Shown here: positions 23,681 through 36,711 of the stretch, piece by piece
Layout of the letters: the number at the start of each line of letters is the position of its first letter
How positions within the stretch are numbered: the stretch's first letter is position 1
Origin: Octopus sinensis
Lineage: Eukaryota
Assembly (NCBI RefSeq): GCF_006345805.1
Contig: NC_043002.1
Location: 2,294,001 to 2,358,000, forward strand
Direction: 5' to 3'
Length of the DNA stretch: 64,000 nucleotides
Made by a program: the position numbers and the translations under genes
The notes under the pieces: model-generated
What the model was told of the DNA's origin: nothing
Seen by the model: only the letters and a program-made list of their open reading frames with translations
Databases searched by the model: none

Positions 23681-25225
23681 TGGCAGTACTAATAACGGTA
23701 AATATTCGATCTAACACAGATTTAACAGTTGGATACAACATTAATAAATTAATAACAGTCATAATTAAATTTCATTGTGATTTGATATCGATTCATTGAC
23801 ATCGTTACGATTCAGTAAGCGATAAGTGCGTGATTTCTGTAATTGTGAGAATGGCAGGCACCAAGCATCTGATTCTCCATACGAGTAAGATGAGGGTCAA
23901 ACGACGATGTTTCAACAATGCTACTTCAACATTTCAATCCATTATTCGCTCATTCATTTATTTCTTTAATTTCGTCTGACAAGAATCGATCTCCACAGTG
24001 AAAACTATTCAACATCTAATCGTCAATTTCCAATAATTAGTTTGATTCTTGATCAAGTAATTCTCTTCTTTTTTCCCCTCATTTCTGACCAAGTAAGTGG
24101 AACAGAAGTTATTTTGTGCCCTGTCGCTGTAATATGAGCCGCTGGTGATTGGATGGCAAATATCAATATCAACCAATTGAAAGAATACTTCATTCGGTTT
24201 AGAATTATGGTTCTTCATTTATCAATTCCCATGTGGAATGGAAGAATTCTTCACTTAACCGCTGCAGGATTTGCCGAAGACAATATTGAGAACCGACGAA
24301 TACCTCATTAATAAAACGATGTTGTAGATTCAGTTAAACGTAAGACAATTAAGAAATTCGTTTCGTTTTGTCGAAAACTTAAATCTGTTTTTCAGTGAAG
24401 AGGAAATTGATGCTCATGGGGTTCCACTTATGTGGAATCGACCCTCAAAAAGTAGCTTTTACTAAGAAAGAAAAACTTATTTTGGATTTAGCTGGCCTAC
24501 AGCTTATCTTTATGCTGTCCAACGAAAGGATATCCAGTTTGTGACACTATTTTTTCGGCGGAGGAGAGACGGTATGTAATCACAATTGACCTGCTGTGAA
24601 TACCAAAATATTTATGTTTTGGCAGGGAACTATGTATAACAGTGTGGTAAATTTTAAAATTGCTATCGATGTATATTTGTATATTTGTATGTTTGTTGGT
24701 TCGGAATATTTATGCCATTGTGTTTGTATATGTGAATTCACAAACACACACACATATACATATATACATAAAGAGAGACAGAGAGGGGGGAGAACATATG
24801 TAGTGGAAAATTAAGACAAATACAACTGTGGATATTAGTTCTTAATTAAGTTTCACCATTACAGTGAACTCAACATACGAGGTTCGAAGCGCATTTGGAT
24901 ACCTAACAGCATTGGATCATCAGGAGAGAAGATATATTAGTTCCCTGTCACAAGAAAGCAATAAAATGTTCCCTTGATGACCTACTTGAGGTTAGGCAAC
25001 CAAATGGACTTGGAACATCCAGTGCTAAGTTCCATTTAACTGCAATGGTGAATCATATGTAGGAACGAAATATTTATACTAGTGTTTATCTGGATTTCCG
25101 CTGCATAGGCTCTGTATATCGTAAGCAGAAACACGTTCCTGGCGCTTGAATGGATGTTGATAATCTACGTAGAGCTCTATCTCATACAGTAGTAAGCATA
25201 CATCTAACTGTACACGCAAGATATG

Positions 25226-25265
<40 letters not shown>

Positions 25266-25348
25266 GGTCACGGGTTGATTCGGGGTTAACCACAGTAAAT
25301 AAGGTACTCAATACAAAGCAGAGTAAAATTAATTTATTATATAGAAGG

Positions 25349-25399
25349 AGCTTCTACAGGACTAGAACTGTTTCATTCAAGAGAAATCTTCAGGAAGCT
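25349..25399 (-). ncRNA. Type I hammerhead ribozyme motif, U-[stem II]-U variant
   Basis: AGCUUC CUGAAGA U UUC UCUU GAA U GAAACAG UUCUAGUC CUGUA GAAGCU: 6-bp stem I, 4-bp stem III, GUA triplet; ~87 nt from (TA)n. Confidence 0.75.
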
Positions 25400-25664
25400 A
25401 GTTAACAAGAATTGTATTGGCATTTATACATTTAGGCAGGTTTAACGGGGTGTTGGTGGGGGACTTTTTGGGGGTAGGCATAGCGCAAAATCTCATACTT
25501 GGGGGAGTGGTCAAGGAGTCAGTGTTAAATTAGATAGAAGAATAAATAAAAAAATAAAAAAAAAAAATAAAATAAAAAAATAAAAAAACCTATATATAAA
25601 AAAAACCTATATATAAAAAAAAGGGGGAATAGAGTTTTAGGTAAATAAGGAGATTCTCACTTAT

Positions 25665-26475
25665 ACCTATGCACACATGTATACATACATACACACACAT
25701 ACAAACATATATACATATACATACACACATACATACACACACATATATATACATATATATACACTTACACATACACAAACATATACATATCTACACATAC
25801 ACATATATGTATACATACACACACTCACATGCATACACGTATACACACATGTATATATACACTCACGACCTCACATACATATACGCACAGAAAAATATAT
25901 ATACACATACACACACATACTCACATACACGCATACACACACATATCCACACACACACATGCACACACAGCACACTAGTCCCTATATACACATATATACA
26001 CATACACACACATATACACACACATACATACATATACATACATGTATACATATACATATGTGTACCTATGCAAACCTACACATACACACATATATATACA
26101 CATACAAATACAGACCCATTCCCTAATTTTAATTTTATTATCTTCGTTTATTACTTTTGTTATCTTTGGCCGCTTGGTCACAAACATCTTGGCTATGACA
26201 GCCAGTCCATTATCTGTCTACTGGAAAACAAGCACTCATTCACTCACGCACACTCTTTAGCACGTACTCTCACTCATTCGTACACTCATACACATACACG
26301 CACGCACGCGTTATATTCATACATACATCCATCTACATACATTCACGTATATACACATACGTACGCGTACCTACAGATTTATGTCTACACTCTTAGAAGG
26401 CTAGTCTATATATATACACCAATAAATATAAATACACACACATACATATACACCTACATACAAATACATACATGC

Positions 26476-26509
<34 letters not shown>

Positions 26510-26869
26510 TCACATACATATATACACATATATACACACACACATATATACACACACATACGCATACACACACATATACATATATATACACTACACGCAC
26601 ATACACATGTACATGCGTACCCATACACACACACACACACGCGCGCATCCATATATACACATAAGTACACACATGCGTAAAAGTATACATATATCTATGC
26701 TTACACACACACACACACACGCGCCTCCTTATATTCATACTTACATGCATACTCAAAAAATAAGTAAATAGTAAAATATATATACGCGCAGTTATTCGTA
26801 CATGCATACTCAAAAAATAAATAATAAATATTAAGTATATGTACGTGCAGTTACCTATTATATAGACGG

Positions 26870-26918
<49 letters not shown>

Positions 26919-26985
26919 ATATATATACACGAAATATGTAAATACAATACACACACATATTTATACATATTTGTGTATATATATA
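25665..26985. repeat. Long degenerate (CA)/(TA)/(CATA) low-complexity tract
   Basis: Direct inspection; source of the spurious H/T/Y/I-rich ORFs. Confidence 0.9.
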
Positions 26986-27850
26986 CTAGACTTACTACCC
27001 AGCGTTGACCGGTAAGATATCCACGGAATTGTTTGCCAGTTTGCAGAATCGGAATTCATGTTACTTATGCATGTATATTTAACCTAACATCTGGACTTAT
27101 TTAATTGGAACTATCCAAACAATAGTAATTAATTTGATGTCTGAAGAACATTGTGAGTAAATGACTGATTCAGTGGTGGATCTGGCAATGAGTGACAACG
27201 GAGGGATTCCGTTTGTTTCTTTTAGGAATAACTTTTTTCTCACTGTTCGGAAGAGGCAGTTGTACTGTCTGAGGTTCTTCCTGAATTCTCTTGCAAGATG
27301 GTCATCACTGTTGTATAAATGGATAAGTTCATTTGGCACAGGTTGTAAAGTGCCAGTACAAACTCTTCCCTTCATGCAGCAGAAATTTGCAGTTTCGCCA
27401 TGGAATAAGGATGCACAACAGTAAAAGCATATTTTATTCATCACACCTACACCGGCAGAAAGAGTTGATCCATTTCCTTCCAGTGCTCCCTCTGTCCTTC
27501 TTTCTTTCCTCACCCTGTTGTTCAAGAGTCGTGCAGACCTCATCTCGGGCATTTCTTCAAGTCTTCTGCCATTTGTTCTTTGTCTCACATCCTGGAGACG
27601 TGCATTCCTCTCTTCCTCAGTCTCTCCTTGCCTCCTTCTTTGTTGCGTGACTCTATTATCCTGTCGTCGTTCTGCCATCATCTCAGCCGTTTCCTGTTGT
27701 CTCCTTGCCCCTGCTGCTTCCCGACGCCTTTTGGAATCCCCTCTTGACCACGATCATCCACCATCTCTTTCCACGTTGCATAATCTATCAGGGTTTATTA
27801 AATCAAAACAACAAAGCGATTAGAACTGAATGAAACAGAATAAAATCTGA
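26986..27850 (-). mobile_element. Internally deleted Helitron (RepHel N-terminus joined to the 3' end)
   Basis: ORF 27097-27681: ETEEERNARL repeats, CFYCCASLFHGETANFCCMKGRV zinc finger, EFRKNLRQYNCLF; minus-strand 3' end with imperfect hairpin (26997-27013) then CTAG-T at 26986-26989. Confidence 0.85.
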
Positions 27851-27913
27851 AATGATAAAACTATAGGTAGTCTCCGCTAACACACACACACATACACACT
27901 GACGTAGACGTCA

Positions 27914-27944
<31 letters not shown>

Positions 27945-27964
27945 TCAAAAAGTCTGAGTTACAA

Positions 27965-28160
27965 AATGTAACGGAAGTAAACATTTGCCAAAAGCTTGGC
28001 GATACCTGCTCAGAAGCCTACGCAAAGTTTTCAAAAAGGCTTTAATCGTTATCGACACAATCAAGGAGATTTTATGCAACTGAAACCCGAGTGTCTTCTT
28101 GGTCAGCTGAATGCAGTTTTCGCAAAAATTTGGCAGACACATATCTCATACCCAAATCTT
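27965..28160. mobile_element. Internal fragment of the mariner-derived element at 29327-30060
   Basis: aaagcttggcgatacctgctcagaagcctacgcaaag... is the reverse complement of ~29660-29830. Confidence 0.85.
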
Positions 28161-28524
28161 CACTGGAAGTTGACTCATTCAATATCAGAATAGGATTTAC
28201 AGAAAAAATAAGGGCTTAAATCTATTCAACATTTAATAATATAATAATAAAATAAGTAAGTGAAATTATGCTAAATACAGCTAAATTTAAAACCTTTTCT
28301 CCCTGACCATATCGGCAATTCTGAAAAGTTTTGAGTGCAAATTTTACGTGAGTAAATGCTTTTTCTTAACAATTTCCATCCTGAAAATCACCTGTTACTT
28401 TCGTTTTAAAGTGAAAGTGAGGAGAAAGTGAAAAATGTATGAACGGGTATATGAAATGGACGTGTGTGTGTGTGAGAGAGAGAGCGAGAGAGAGAGAGAC
28501 ACTTATATATGAGAACACACACGT

Positions 28525-28527
<3 letters not shown>

Positions 28528-28590
<63 letters not shown>
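28528..28590. repeat. (CT)n microsatellite
   Basis: Direct inspection. Confidence 0.95.
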
Positions 28591-28593
<3 letters not shown>

Positions 28594-29272
28594 TACATAC
28601 ACACACATGCACATGTACGTACAAAAAATATGTACGCATATGTATTGATGTACGTATGTATACATGACAACACACCCCTTCACTCACTCTCTATCTCTCT
28701 TTCTTTCTCTCTCTTTCTCTCTCTCTCTCTCTCTTTCTCTCCGTCTGTTTCACACGCACACCTCCATTTCATATACACGTACATACATCTTTCATTTTCT
28801 CCTCTCTTTCACTTTAAAACAAAAGTAAATAAATAAAAAAAATTTACGGAAATTAACGAACTCCAGATGATGAAATCACATTCACTTAAGACTATTTCTA
28901 AAGGTTTAAAGTATTGTGTACGTCAAAAGCTCGAAGTTTTTTTCTTAGAGAACGCGAAGACTATGTGTGTGTGTATGTTACAGATAACGGACTTGTGTTT
29001 GTGTCGATTGGGACCGTGACATTCTTATATGTGTGTGTATTCTGTATGTGTGTCAGTGTGTTGATGTCACAGAAGCTATGTTTTTTTTCGTCAACAAATA
29101 ACAAATAAAAATTGTGTTTAATTGTTTGAATAGAGGTCCACATATCATAAGAATTTGTACTGCACTGCCTAAGGTAAGTATGAAAATAAATATGTAAAAA
29201 AAATCAAGATAAAATATACTATTTCTGAGATACTTTGGGTACACACAAACATTTCTAGAGTTTTAGTATTAT

Positions 29273-29326
<54 letters not shown>

Positions 29327-29328
<2 letters not shown>

Positions 29329-30060
29329 GAGGTATGATCAATCAATATACGGGCTGTTGCCATAGTAACTTAGCTAAATCACGCAGAGTGAAGCCGTTTG
29401 GCAAAAATTGACCTTGAGCTCTGCTGTGCATGCGCACTAAGCTTTAACATTCTAGCTCACTTCCACTGCTTACAGCAGTACTTGGAAGAAATGTGTGTAG
29501 CATGTGATTGTCACATTGACCATGACAGAGGAAGTTGTTATGGCGATATCTGTTCAGAGGCCAGCGCAAAATTGCAGAAAGTGTATGGAGAGGGGAGTGT
29601 ATGAGTTATCAGAGGATGTGCAGATTAGTTACGGTCCAGTTCAGTCCATTATCCCTGAAGATTTGGGAATGAGACGAGTGTCGACCAAATTTGTGCGAAA
29701 ACTGCTTTCAGCTGACCAAGAAGACACTCGGGTTTCAGTTGCATAAAATCTCCTTGGTTGTATCGATAACGATTAAAAACTTTTTGAAAACTTTGCGTAG
29801 GCTTCTGAGCAGGTATCGCCAAGCTTTTAGTAAAATTTGATGCAGATTCTCTGCTCAAATTTCTCTGTCATGGTCAATGCGATGAACAGACGCTACGCAT
29901 CTTCCTTCCAAGCACTGCTGTAAACAAGGAAAGCTAGCTAAAATGTAAAAACTTAGTGCGCATGCACAGCAGAATTCGAGGTCAATCTGTTTCAAGCGGC
30001 TTCACTCTGCGTCCTTTAGCTTCGTTACTATGGCAACAGTGCGGATACTTATTGATCAAA
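29327..30060. mobile_element. Palindromic non-autonomous mariner derivative with ~200-bp inverted arms
   Basis: Arms ~29335-29530 and ~29863-30058; internal ELSEDVQISYGPVQSII.EDLGMRRVSTKFVRKLL (plus) and MTEKFEQRICIKF (minus); left end tacgagg after (TA)n. Confidence 0.85.
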
Positions 30061-30947
30061 TAACATAGTGTTCGATCATGTGAGCCATTCTCACCACCAG
30101 CCCAAGACAAAATAAAACATTAAAAGAATCAGAAGTCGAAAAAAGAAAGCCCTTCTTTCCCCACCACTTTTGTTCAGTATTTCAAACCTTGATGTTATAA
30201 ATTTTATAGCTTGTTGAGAACGATGTTGCTATTGTGATCGTTGCACCAGAAGGTTTTTTTGTTTTTTTTTTGTGTGTATGTAGTTATTTGCAAAGTTAGT
30301 GCTATCGTTTAAAGCCACTCTTACTAATGTTATTTATATTAGATTTTCGCTATGCTTTGCCCTATTACTGCTGCACTTTCGGTTACTGATGCAGTTCCTA
30401 CTGCTGCTAGTTTTCACTGTTGTTCTCATTTCTCTTATAACTTCTTTCGCGGCAACGTACGCCATTACAATTTGTTCTACATTTTACGACTGCTACACTT
30501 TCCTTATCTTACACTCGTTACACATGCTGTTTACATTTACTGTTATGATAATTGATGTTGCAAGCATTTGCTGAAAACTCTGGCTGTTGCTGTCATTTAA
30601 AACTTCTTATGTATTGCCACTGACGTTAATATTACTGTAGTAGTAAAATGTGATTTCACTTGGCTACTTATTCCGTTATTCATGTTCGCTCGCAATTGCG
30701 TCTATTCTTGTCATTGTACCTATTACCTCCAAGTATCACTTCGTTCTTCTTTCTTTTCCTATCACGTTTTCTGTTTCATCTCTCGCGCCTTATTATAGAA
30801 GCTGTAAATATATCTCTGTAGCAGCGTAGATAAAACCAAGGCCAGTGAGGCTGAGTGTGTTTCGTGCTGTTGCTATTGTTGCTATTAATTGCTGGTGTTG
30901 TTGCTATTAATTACTGATGCATTGCTTTGTTAGTAGCTACCAATACC

Positions 30948-31174
30948 TATTTCTTTATTACCCACAAGGGGCTAAACACAGAGGGGACAAACAAGGACAG
31001 ACATAGATATTAAGTCGATTACATCGACCCTAGTGCGAAACTGGTACTTAATTTATCGACCCCGAAAGGATGAAAGGCAAAGTCGACCTCGGCGGAATTT
31101 GAACTCACAACGTAACTCAGACGAAATACCGCTAAGAATTTCGCCCGGCGTGCTAACGTTTCTGCCAACTCGCC
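30948..31174 (-). mobile_element. SINE family B (alternative-tail subfamily) with 19-bp TSD
   Basis: TSD gttagtagctaccaatacc at 30929-30947 and 31175-31193. Confidence 0.92.
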
Positions 31175-32024
31175 GTTAGTAGCTACCAATACCGTTGTTA
31201 AAACCACCGACACCAATACTGTTCCTAGAACTGTTCCCTCTTATTCCTCCATTAATTCACCTTCCACTACAGTTTCAACTGCCTTTAGTGTCACAACTCG
31301 TCAGCTACAGCCTCTTCACTGTTTCTCAACTGACTTTGCTGTTACAATGTCAACATTATTATGAATCCTCCTCACATTCTTCTCCCTCCTCCTCATCTTC
31401 CACCTTCTTATTATCGTCATCACTACCATCACCATTAACATCAGCATTATCATCGAATGCGATCGTGCGCCTCGGATTATAATCAATGCACAAAGTTCCC
31501 TTTGTGATATTTGACTCTAAAGATAATTTTCAAACATTTTACTGCTCACCCTTTCTACCCGTATATTTCGGTCGAGAAAATAACCCGGAAATCGCGATAC
31601 ACAGATATTGTTTTGAGCTGAGTCGGGGTACTAGATACCCTTGTTTGAAAATACAAGGACGCAGATCGTGTCGTATAGCCAGCTGGAGACGATGTCTTCT
31701 GGGGCTAAAGTACAGCAACATTCATCCTAAACCAGGACTGCCATGTTATGTTGGCAAACAATCTTTACTCCAAAGTACTGTTGCTGAATATCTCTCGTTG
31801 TGAGATTTAAAAATAGTCATTTTCTAAACCATGCTTTGTTGTAGATCATTGTTTATATTTTTCATGATTTGTAAACAATGTTTCGAGCAAGTACAAGAGA
31901 GTTCGGTCTTATGGCGGAGCGAGAACTGGAGATTAGACTATCCTAGCAAATACGTGTCTCATTTAAAAGGGATGCAAAAAATAGTAACACCAATTTAAAA
32001 CAAAGTACAAACGAATTACTTATA

Positions 32025-32852
32025 ACTTCAAATTTCAGCACAAGTCCAGTAATTTTGAGGTAGAGGGGGTGGGGTCTAATCAATTACATCGACCCCAGAG
32101 TACAACTGGTACTTGACCAGTAATTTGGATTCTGCTAGCTTGCCGCCTTACTGGTAACTAACATTGGTTTCAAAGTTTTACTCAAGGCTAACAATTTTGA
32201 GAGAGAGAGCAAGTTGATTACATCGACCCCAGTGTATCACTGGTACTTATTGTATCGACCCCGAAATGATGAAAGGCAAATTCGACCTCGGCAGAATTCG
32301 AACTCGGAACGTAAAGGTGGACGAAATGCCACGAAGTATTTTGGCTGACGTCCTAACGGTTCGGCCAATTCGCTGTCATACTAATTCCTAATATTCTTTT
32401 CTACTCTTGGCACAAGTCCCGAAATTTTGGGGGAGGGGGGCGTCGATTAGATCGGCCCCAGTACGCGACTGGTATTCAATTTATTGACCCCGAAATTATG
32501 AAAGGCAAAGTCGACTTCAGCGGAATTTTGAACTGAGAACATAAAGACAGACGAAACACCACTAAGCATTTCGCCCGGCTTGCTAACGTTTCTGCCAGCT
32601 CACCGCCCTTAAAATCTAATATTACCAGCGAAATGTAAGGCGGCAAGCTGACAGTATTGTTATCATGCCGGAAAAAATGTTCAGCAGCATTTCGTCCGTC
32701 GCTACGTTCTGAGTTCAAATTCCGCCGAGCTCGACTTTGCCTTTCATCTTTTCGGAGTCGATAAAATAAATACCATTGATACACTGGAGTCGATGCAATC
32801 GACTTAATGCCTACCTTGAAATTGATGGCCTTGAGCCTAAGTTTGAAACCAA
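32025..32852. mobile_element. Cluster of four SINE family B copies (32025-32150 -, 32165-32378 -, 32394-32610 -, 32636-32852 +)
   Basis: Repeated core catcgacccc..ctggtact..tcgaccccgaaa..atgaaaggcaaa..cgac. Confidence 0.88.
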
Positions 32853-32859
32853 TATTACA

Positions 32860-33412
32860 AGCGAAGCAAGTAATGGATTTGATGAAAACAAGAATTGTCT
32901 AAAATCTTGTAGAATGGGGAACCGTAAGTCATCTTGAAGAAAAGCAAGGTACAGGAAGAATGAATTGGAAAGGAAGATGCATTCCAGGGGGCTTTCATTT
33001 GCTCTTAACATGTTAATTGTAAAGGGCCCAGCCTGGTGCCCCAGAGGTTGTTTTCTTAAAGTATAACAATACGCAAGGCAGTGTCTGGCACACTTTCATA
33101 AACGGGATTGGGCTGAGTCGACTGGTGTCACACACGTTCCTACAAAAAATTTAGCTTGATTAATACAAGGGTCAGCGTTAACAGCATCAGTTGTAGCAGT
33201 AATTTCTGTGTGGTTGTCACAGTTTTAGCGCAGTATTGAGAAAGTTCTGAGTTGAGGGGCCAGGAGAAATGACGCGTGGTTAAGAGGGGTACTTTTCCAC
33301 CCAGCACGACCAAAATTTGACGAATGAAATCTCAATCTCTGACGGCAACCAATTGTCTGTTGACAATGAGGAGTATATGTAAGGAGAGAAGCAGTGGCTA
33401 ATCGTCACTGTA
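32860..33412 (-). mobile_element. Possible decayed LINE fragment (post-endonuclease linker)
   Basis: Interrupted frame with NFGRAGW resembling NFxKADW; GC above background. Confidence 0.3.
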
Positions 33413-33499
<87 letters not shown>

Positions 33500-33593
33500 T
33501 TCAGTAAAATTTAGATTCAGATGAATATGGTACTTAAGTTAAAGGCACCAGAATTTGGTATGGTATTATCCATAGAAATCAATTGGGGTGATG

Positions 33594-33818
<225 letters not shown>

Positions 33819-34820
33819 GGGGGGGATTTGTACGCATATATGTGCATGTGTCTAATGCACGCATGCGTGTGCATATGTATACAGTACTAGAGAAAATTAC
33901 AGTATGGCACGTACAGACTGATATTGTGACTGAAAGATTTTCTCAGGAAATTTAATGGATGACACGGAAATTATATATACATATATACTGAGTAGATATT
34001 ATATATACAATATCTGAGATATTTTACAATATCTGGAGGAGCCACATAAAGATAGAAATAATTTATCTGTCATTTAAAATATAATCACGTTCCGAAAGTG
34101 TTTTAGGCTTTTTGTTTTAGATTCGGAGAGATAATAAATGTGAATAAGTGTTAATCGGAATAGAGAGAGTTTTATAATGTTAATTGGCGAAAGAAGAGAA
34201 ACTGAAAAGCAAAACAAAAATAATGTATTTAATGATTGGAATTCTTTTCACGTAAGTTAAGTGTCCTATTACGGTAATTATAATAAAGTCGAGAATATTG
34301 AATCATATGCTGAGTAGTCATTCAAAGTGTGACCACTACATCGATGAAATTGCTTTAATGTTGCAATCCGTGGAAAGAATTATAATAGCCAAACAGTTTG
34401 TAGTTGTTTCAGGATTTTTTTCCCCCCTAATTATCGCTCATAAAATCGTATATATTCCGGTGAATGCTTATTCAAAATATTCTACGATTAACATCTCAAG
34501 TAAAAGCCAAGAAGAGTTTCACCACACGATATTATTTTCAAATGAACGTTATGTATTTTTATCTTTTAACTTTTATCGGCATCTATTTAGTAATGGTTCC
34601 GAACATAAAAACAGGACGAAATATTATTCCTGAATTCTCAATTTCCTCTTGTCTTTCGTTGTTTAAATTTTAACTTCACTCGGTTCGCTTTTACCCGTAC
34701 AAAATATTCGATTGAAATTGTTGTGAGGACACCCCCAGACGATGAAGTAGGCTGGTCAAATACGTAGATATAGAGGGAGAAGTCTAAACATCAGCTGAGA
34801 GAGTAGCGGTAGAAGAGCAG

Positions 34821-35049
34821 CGGTGAGCTGGCAGAATCGTTAGCACGCCGGCCGAAATGCGTGGCCGTATTTAGTCTGCCGTTACATTCTGAGTTCAAAT
34901 TCCGCAGAGGTCGACTTTGCCTTTCATCCTTTCGGGGTCGATTAAATAAGTACCAGTTACGTACTGGGGTCGATGTAATCGATTTAATCCGTTTGTCTGT
35001 CCTTGTTTGTCCATTCTGTGTTTAGCCCCTTGTGGGCAGTAAAGAAAGA
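34821..35049 (+). mobile_element. SINE family B (alternative-tail subfamily) with 13-bp TSD
   Basis: TSD ggtagaagagcag at 34808-34820 and 35050-35062. Confidence 0.92.
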
Positions 35050-35419
35050 GGTAGAAGAGCAGAGTTGAGTAGAAGACATCCGAACGTGCGACATAACAGT
35101 GGCGAAGAGGATTTCGTAGCTCAAACAGTCACTGTTTAGTATTGCGGCATAACAGAAAGATTCTTCGTATACATACACACACGTTAGAATTACATAAACC
35201 AATGAATAAATAAAGAATGAAAACCGCCTACAACCGGTTGACCAAGTTACCATGAAGAAATTACCAACCGTAGACAATCACCACCACCCGTCGACAATTG
35301 CAAGAAATACACACACACACTAAAACACAGATACAACTCATACAACCACTAAAAGACTTAAAGAACAAACACAGGCCCTAGGTGTATGTAGAGACCACCA
35401 ATACCGAATGGTATCAGCG

Positions 35420-35458
35420 TCACGTGAAGATCGCAGTCGCGTGAAACTCGAGTCGCGA
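35420..35458 (+). ncRNA. Hammerhead-like motif, U-[stem II]-U variant with C3G change
   Basis: UCAC GUGAAGA U CGC AGUC GCG U GAAAC UCGA GUC GCGA; palindromic ACUCGAGU stem III, GUC triplet, one mismatch in stem I. Confidence 0.6.
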
Positions 35459-35839
35459 GACAAAATCTTGCCATCAGCTTTAATAAAACAAAAAAAAGCC
35501 ATGTACTCTACATGTATTGGGTATTAATTTCTCATTCGTTCAACATTATACAACGCACGTATATATTTATATAACCTATACATACATACATACACACACA
35601 CACACATATATATATCGTTTTTTGGGGGTGAGGTGGGGACATAAATCCGGAGAAGCAGCACATTCCAGAATACAATAGGCTACTAGAAAGTAACATTACA
35701 CAGACTTACAGACCGGCCTTCGCCTCTATATATACAAATATATAAATAAATAAATAAATAAATATGTAAATGAATAAATAGATATATATATATACATACA
35801 TATATATATATATACATACATGTATGTATATATACATAT

Positions 35840-36020
35840 GTAGGAGCAGGAGTGGCTGTGTGGAAAGTAGCTTGCATATCAACCACATGGTTCCTAGTTC
35901 AGTCTCGCTGTGTGGCACCTTGAGCAAGTGTCTTCTACTATAGCCTCGGGCCGACCAAAGCCTTGAGTTGAATTGGTACACGGAAACTGAAAGAAAACCG
36001 TCGTATGTGTGTGTGTGTGT

Positions 36021-36066
<46 letters not shown>

Positions 36067-36152
36067 TGTGTGTATGTGTCTGTCCATCCACCATTCTTTG
36101 ACAACCGATGTTTGTATGTGTTACGTCCCCATAACTTAGCGGTTCGGCAAAA
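35840..36152 (+). mobile_element. SINE family A, 3'-truncated
   Basis: Matches the family A head and body. Confidence 0.9.
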
Positions 36153-36711
36153 TATATAAAAAGCAAAATACCTAATTTTAAAATGTCGATAAGAGATGCA
36201 AGTAATAACTTTACTGACAAGTAATGGTTGTTACCACCTGAACAGAGCGCTGTTACTACTCTTTGTAACCCGTGGAGGACATTGCATGCAGCTGGTAAAT
36301 GACACACTATCTGTGTCCCGGGAAAACTCCCTACACGATGGTGTATTGAGTTAACGAACACTCAATAACACAGACCAGGTGAGAAACTCGATACTGATAT
36401 GTCACCATTACTGAGACTCGTCGGTACCATGTACTCGAAACACCTCGAAACGAAATGAGTTGCCAATATGAGAGATATGAAAACAGTGCAGAGTCTATTT
36501 GATGAAGAGCTGTGGTTTACACAAGCAAATCATGGCGAAATATCGATATGTATAATTCTCGATCATCCTCAGGTGAGTTGTTTCGCTTGGCCTGGGACAT
36601 TCACTGTTCTTTAGCACTCAGCGTCGCGTAGGGTGTCTTTTCCAGGACGTTATCTGGCACTATGTATATGGAACCGATACTGTTTATACTACTAGAGCTG
36701 CTTTTAAATAG

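Noticed and set aside
24875-24930. Minus-strand CUGAUGA with nearby hairpin potential
   Set aside because: No GAAA box or stem I partner in register.
25669-26664. 331-aa ORF and the many other H/T/Y/I/V/C-rich ORFs
   Set aside because: Translations of (CA)n, (TA)n and (TG)n repeats that lack stops by composition.
27880-27940. (CA)n-ctgacgt-ag-acgtcag-(TG)n palindrome
   Set aside because: Mostly microsatellite complementarity with a very short unique core; likely a fold-back junction.
32025-32852. Regularly recurring motif suggestive of a CRISPR-like array
   Set aside because: Clustered, diverged SINE family B copies in both orientations in eukaryotic DNA.
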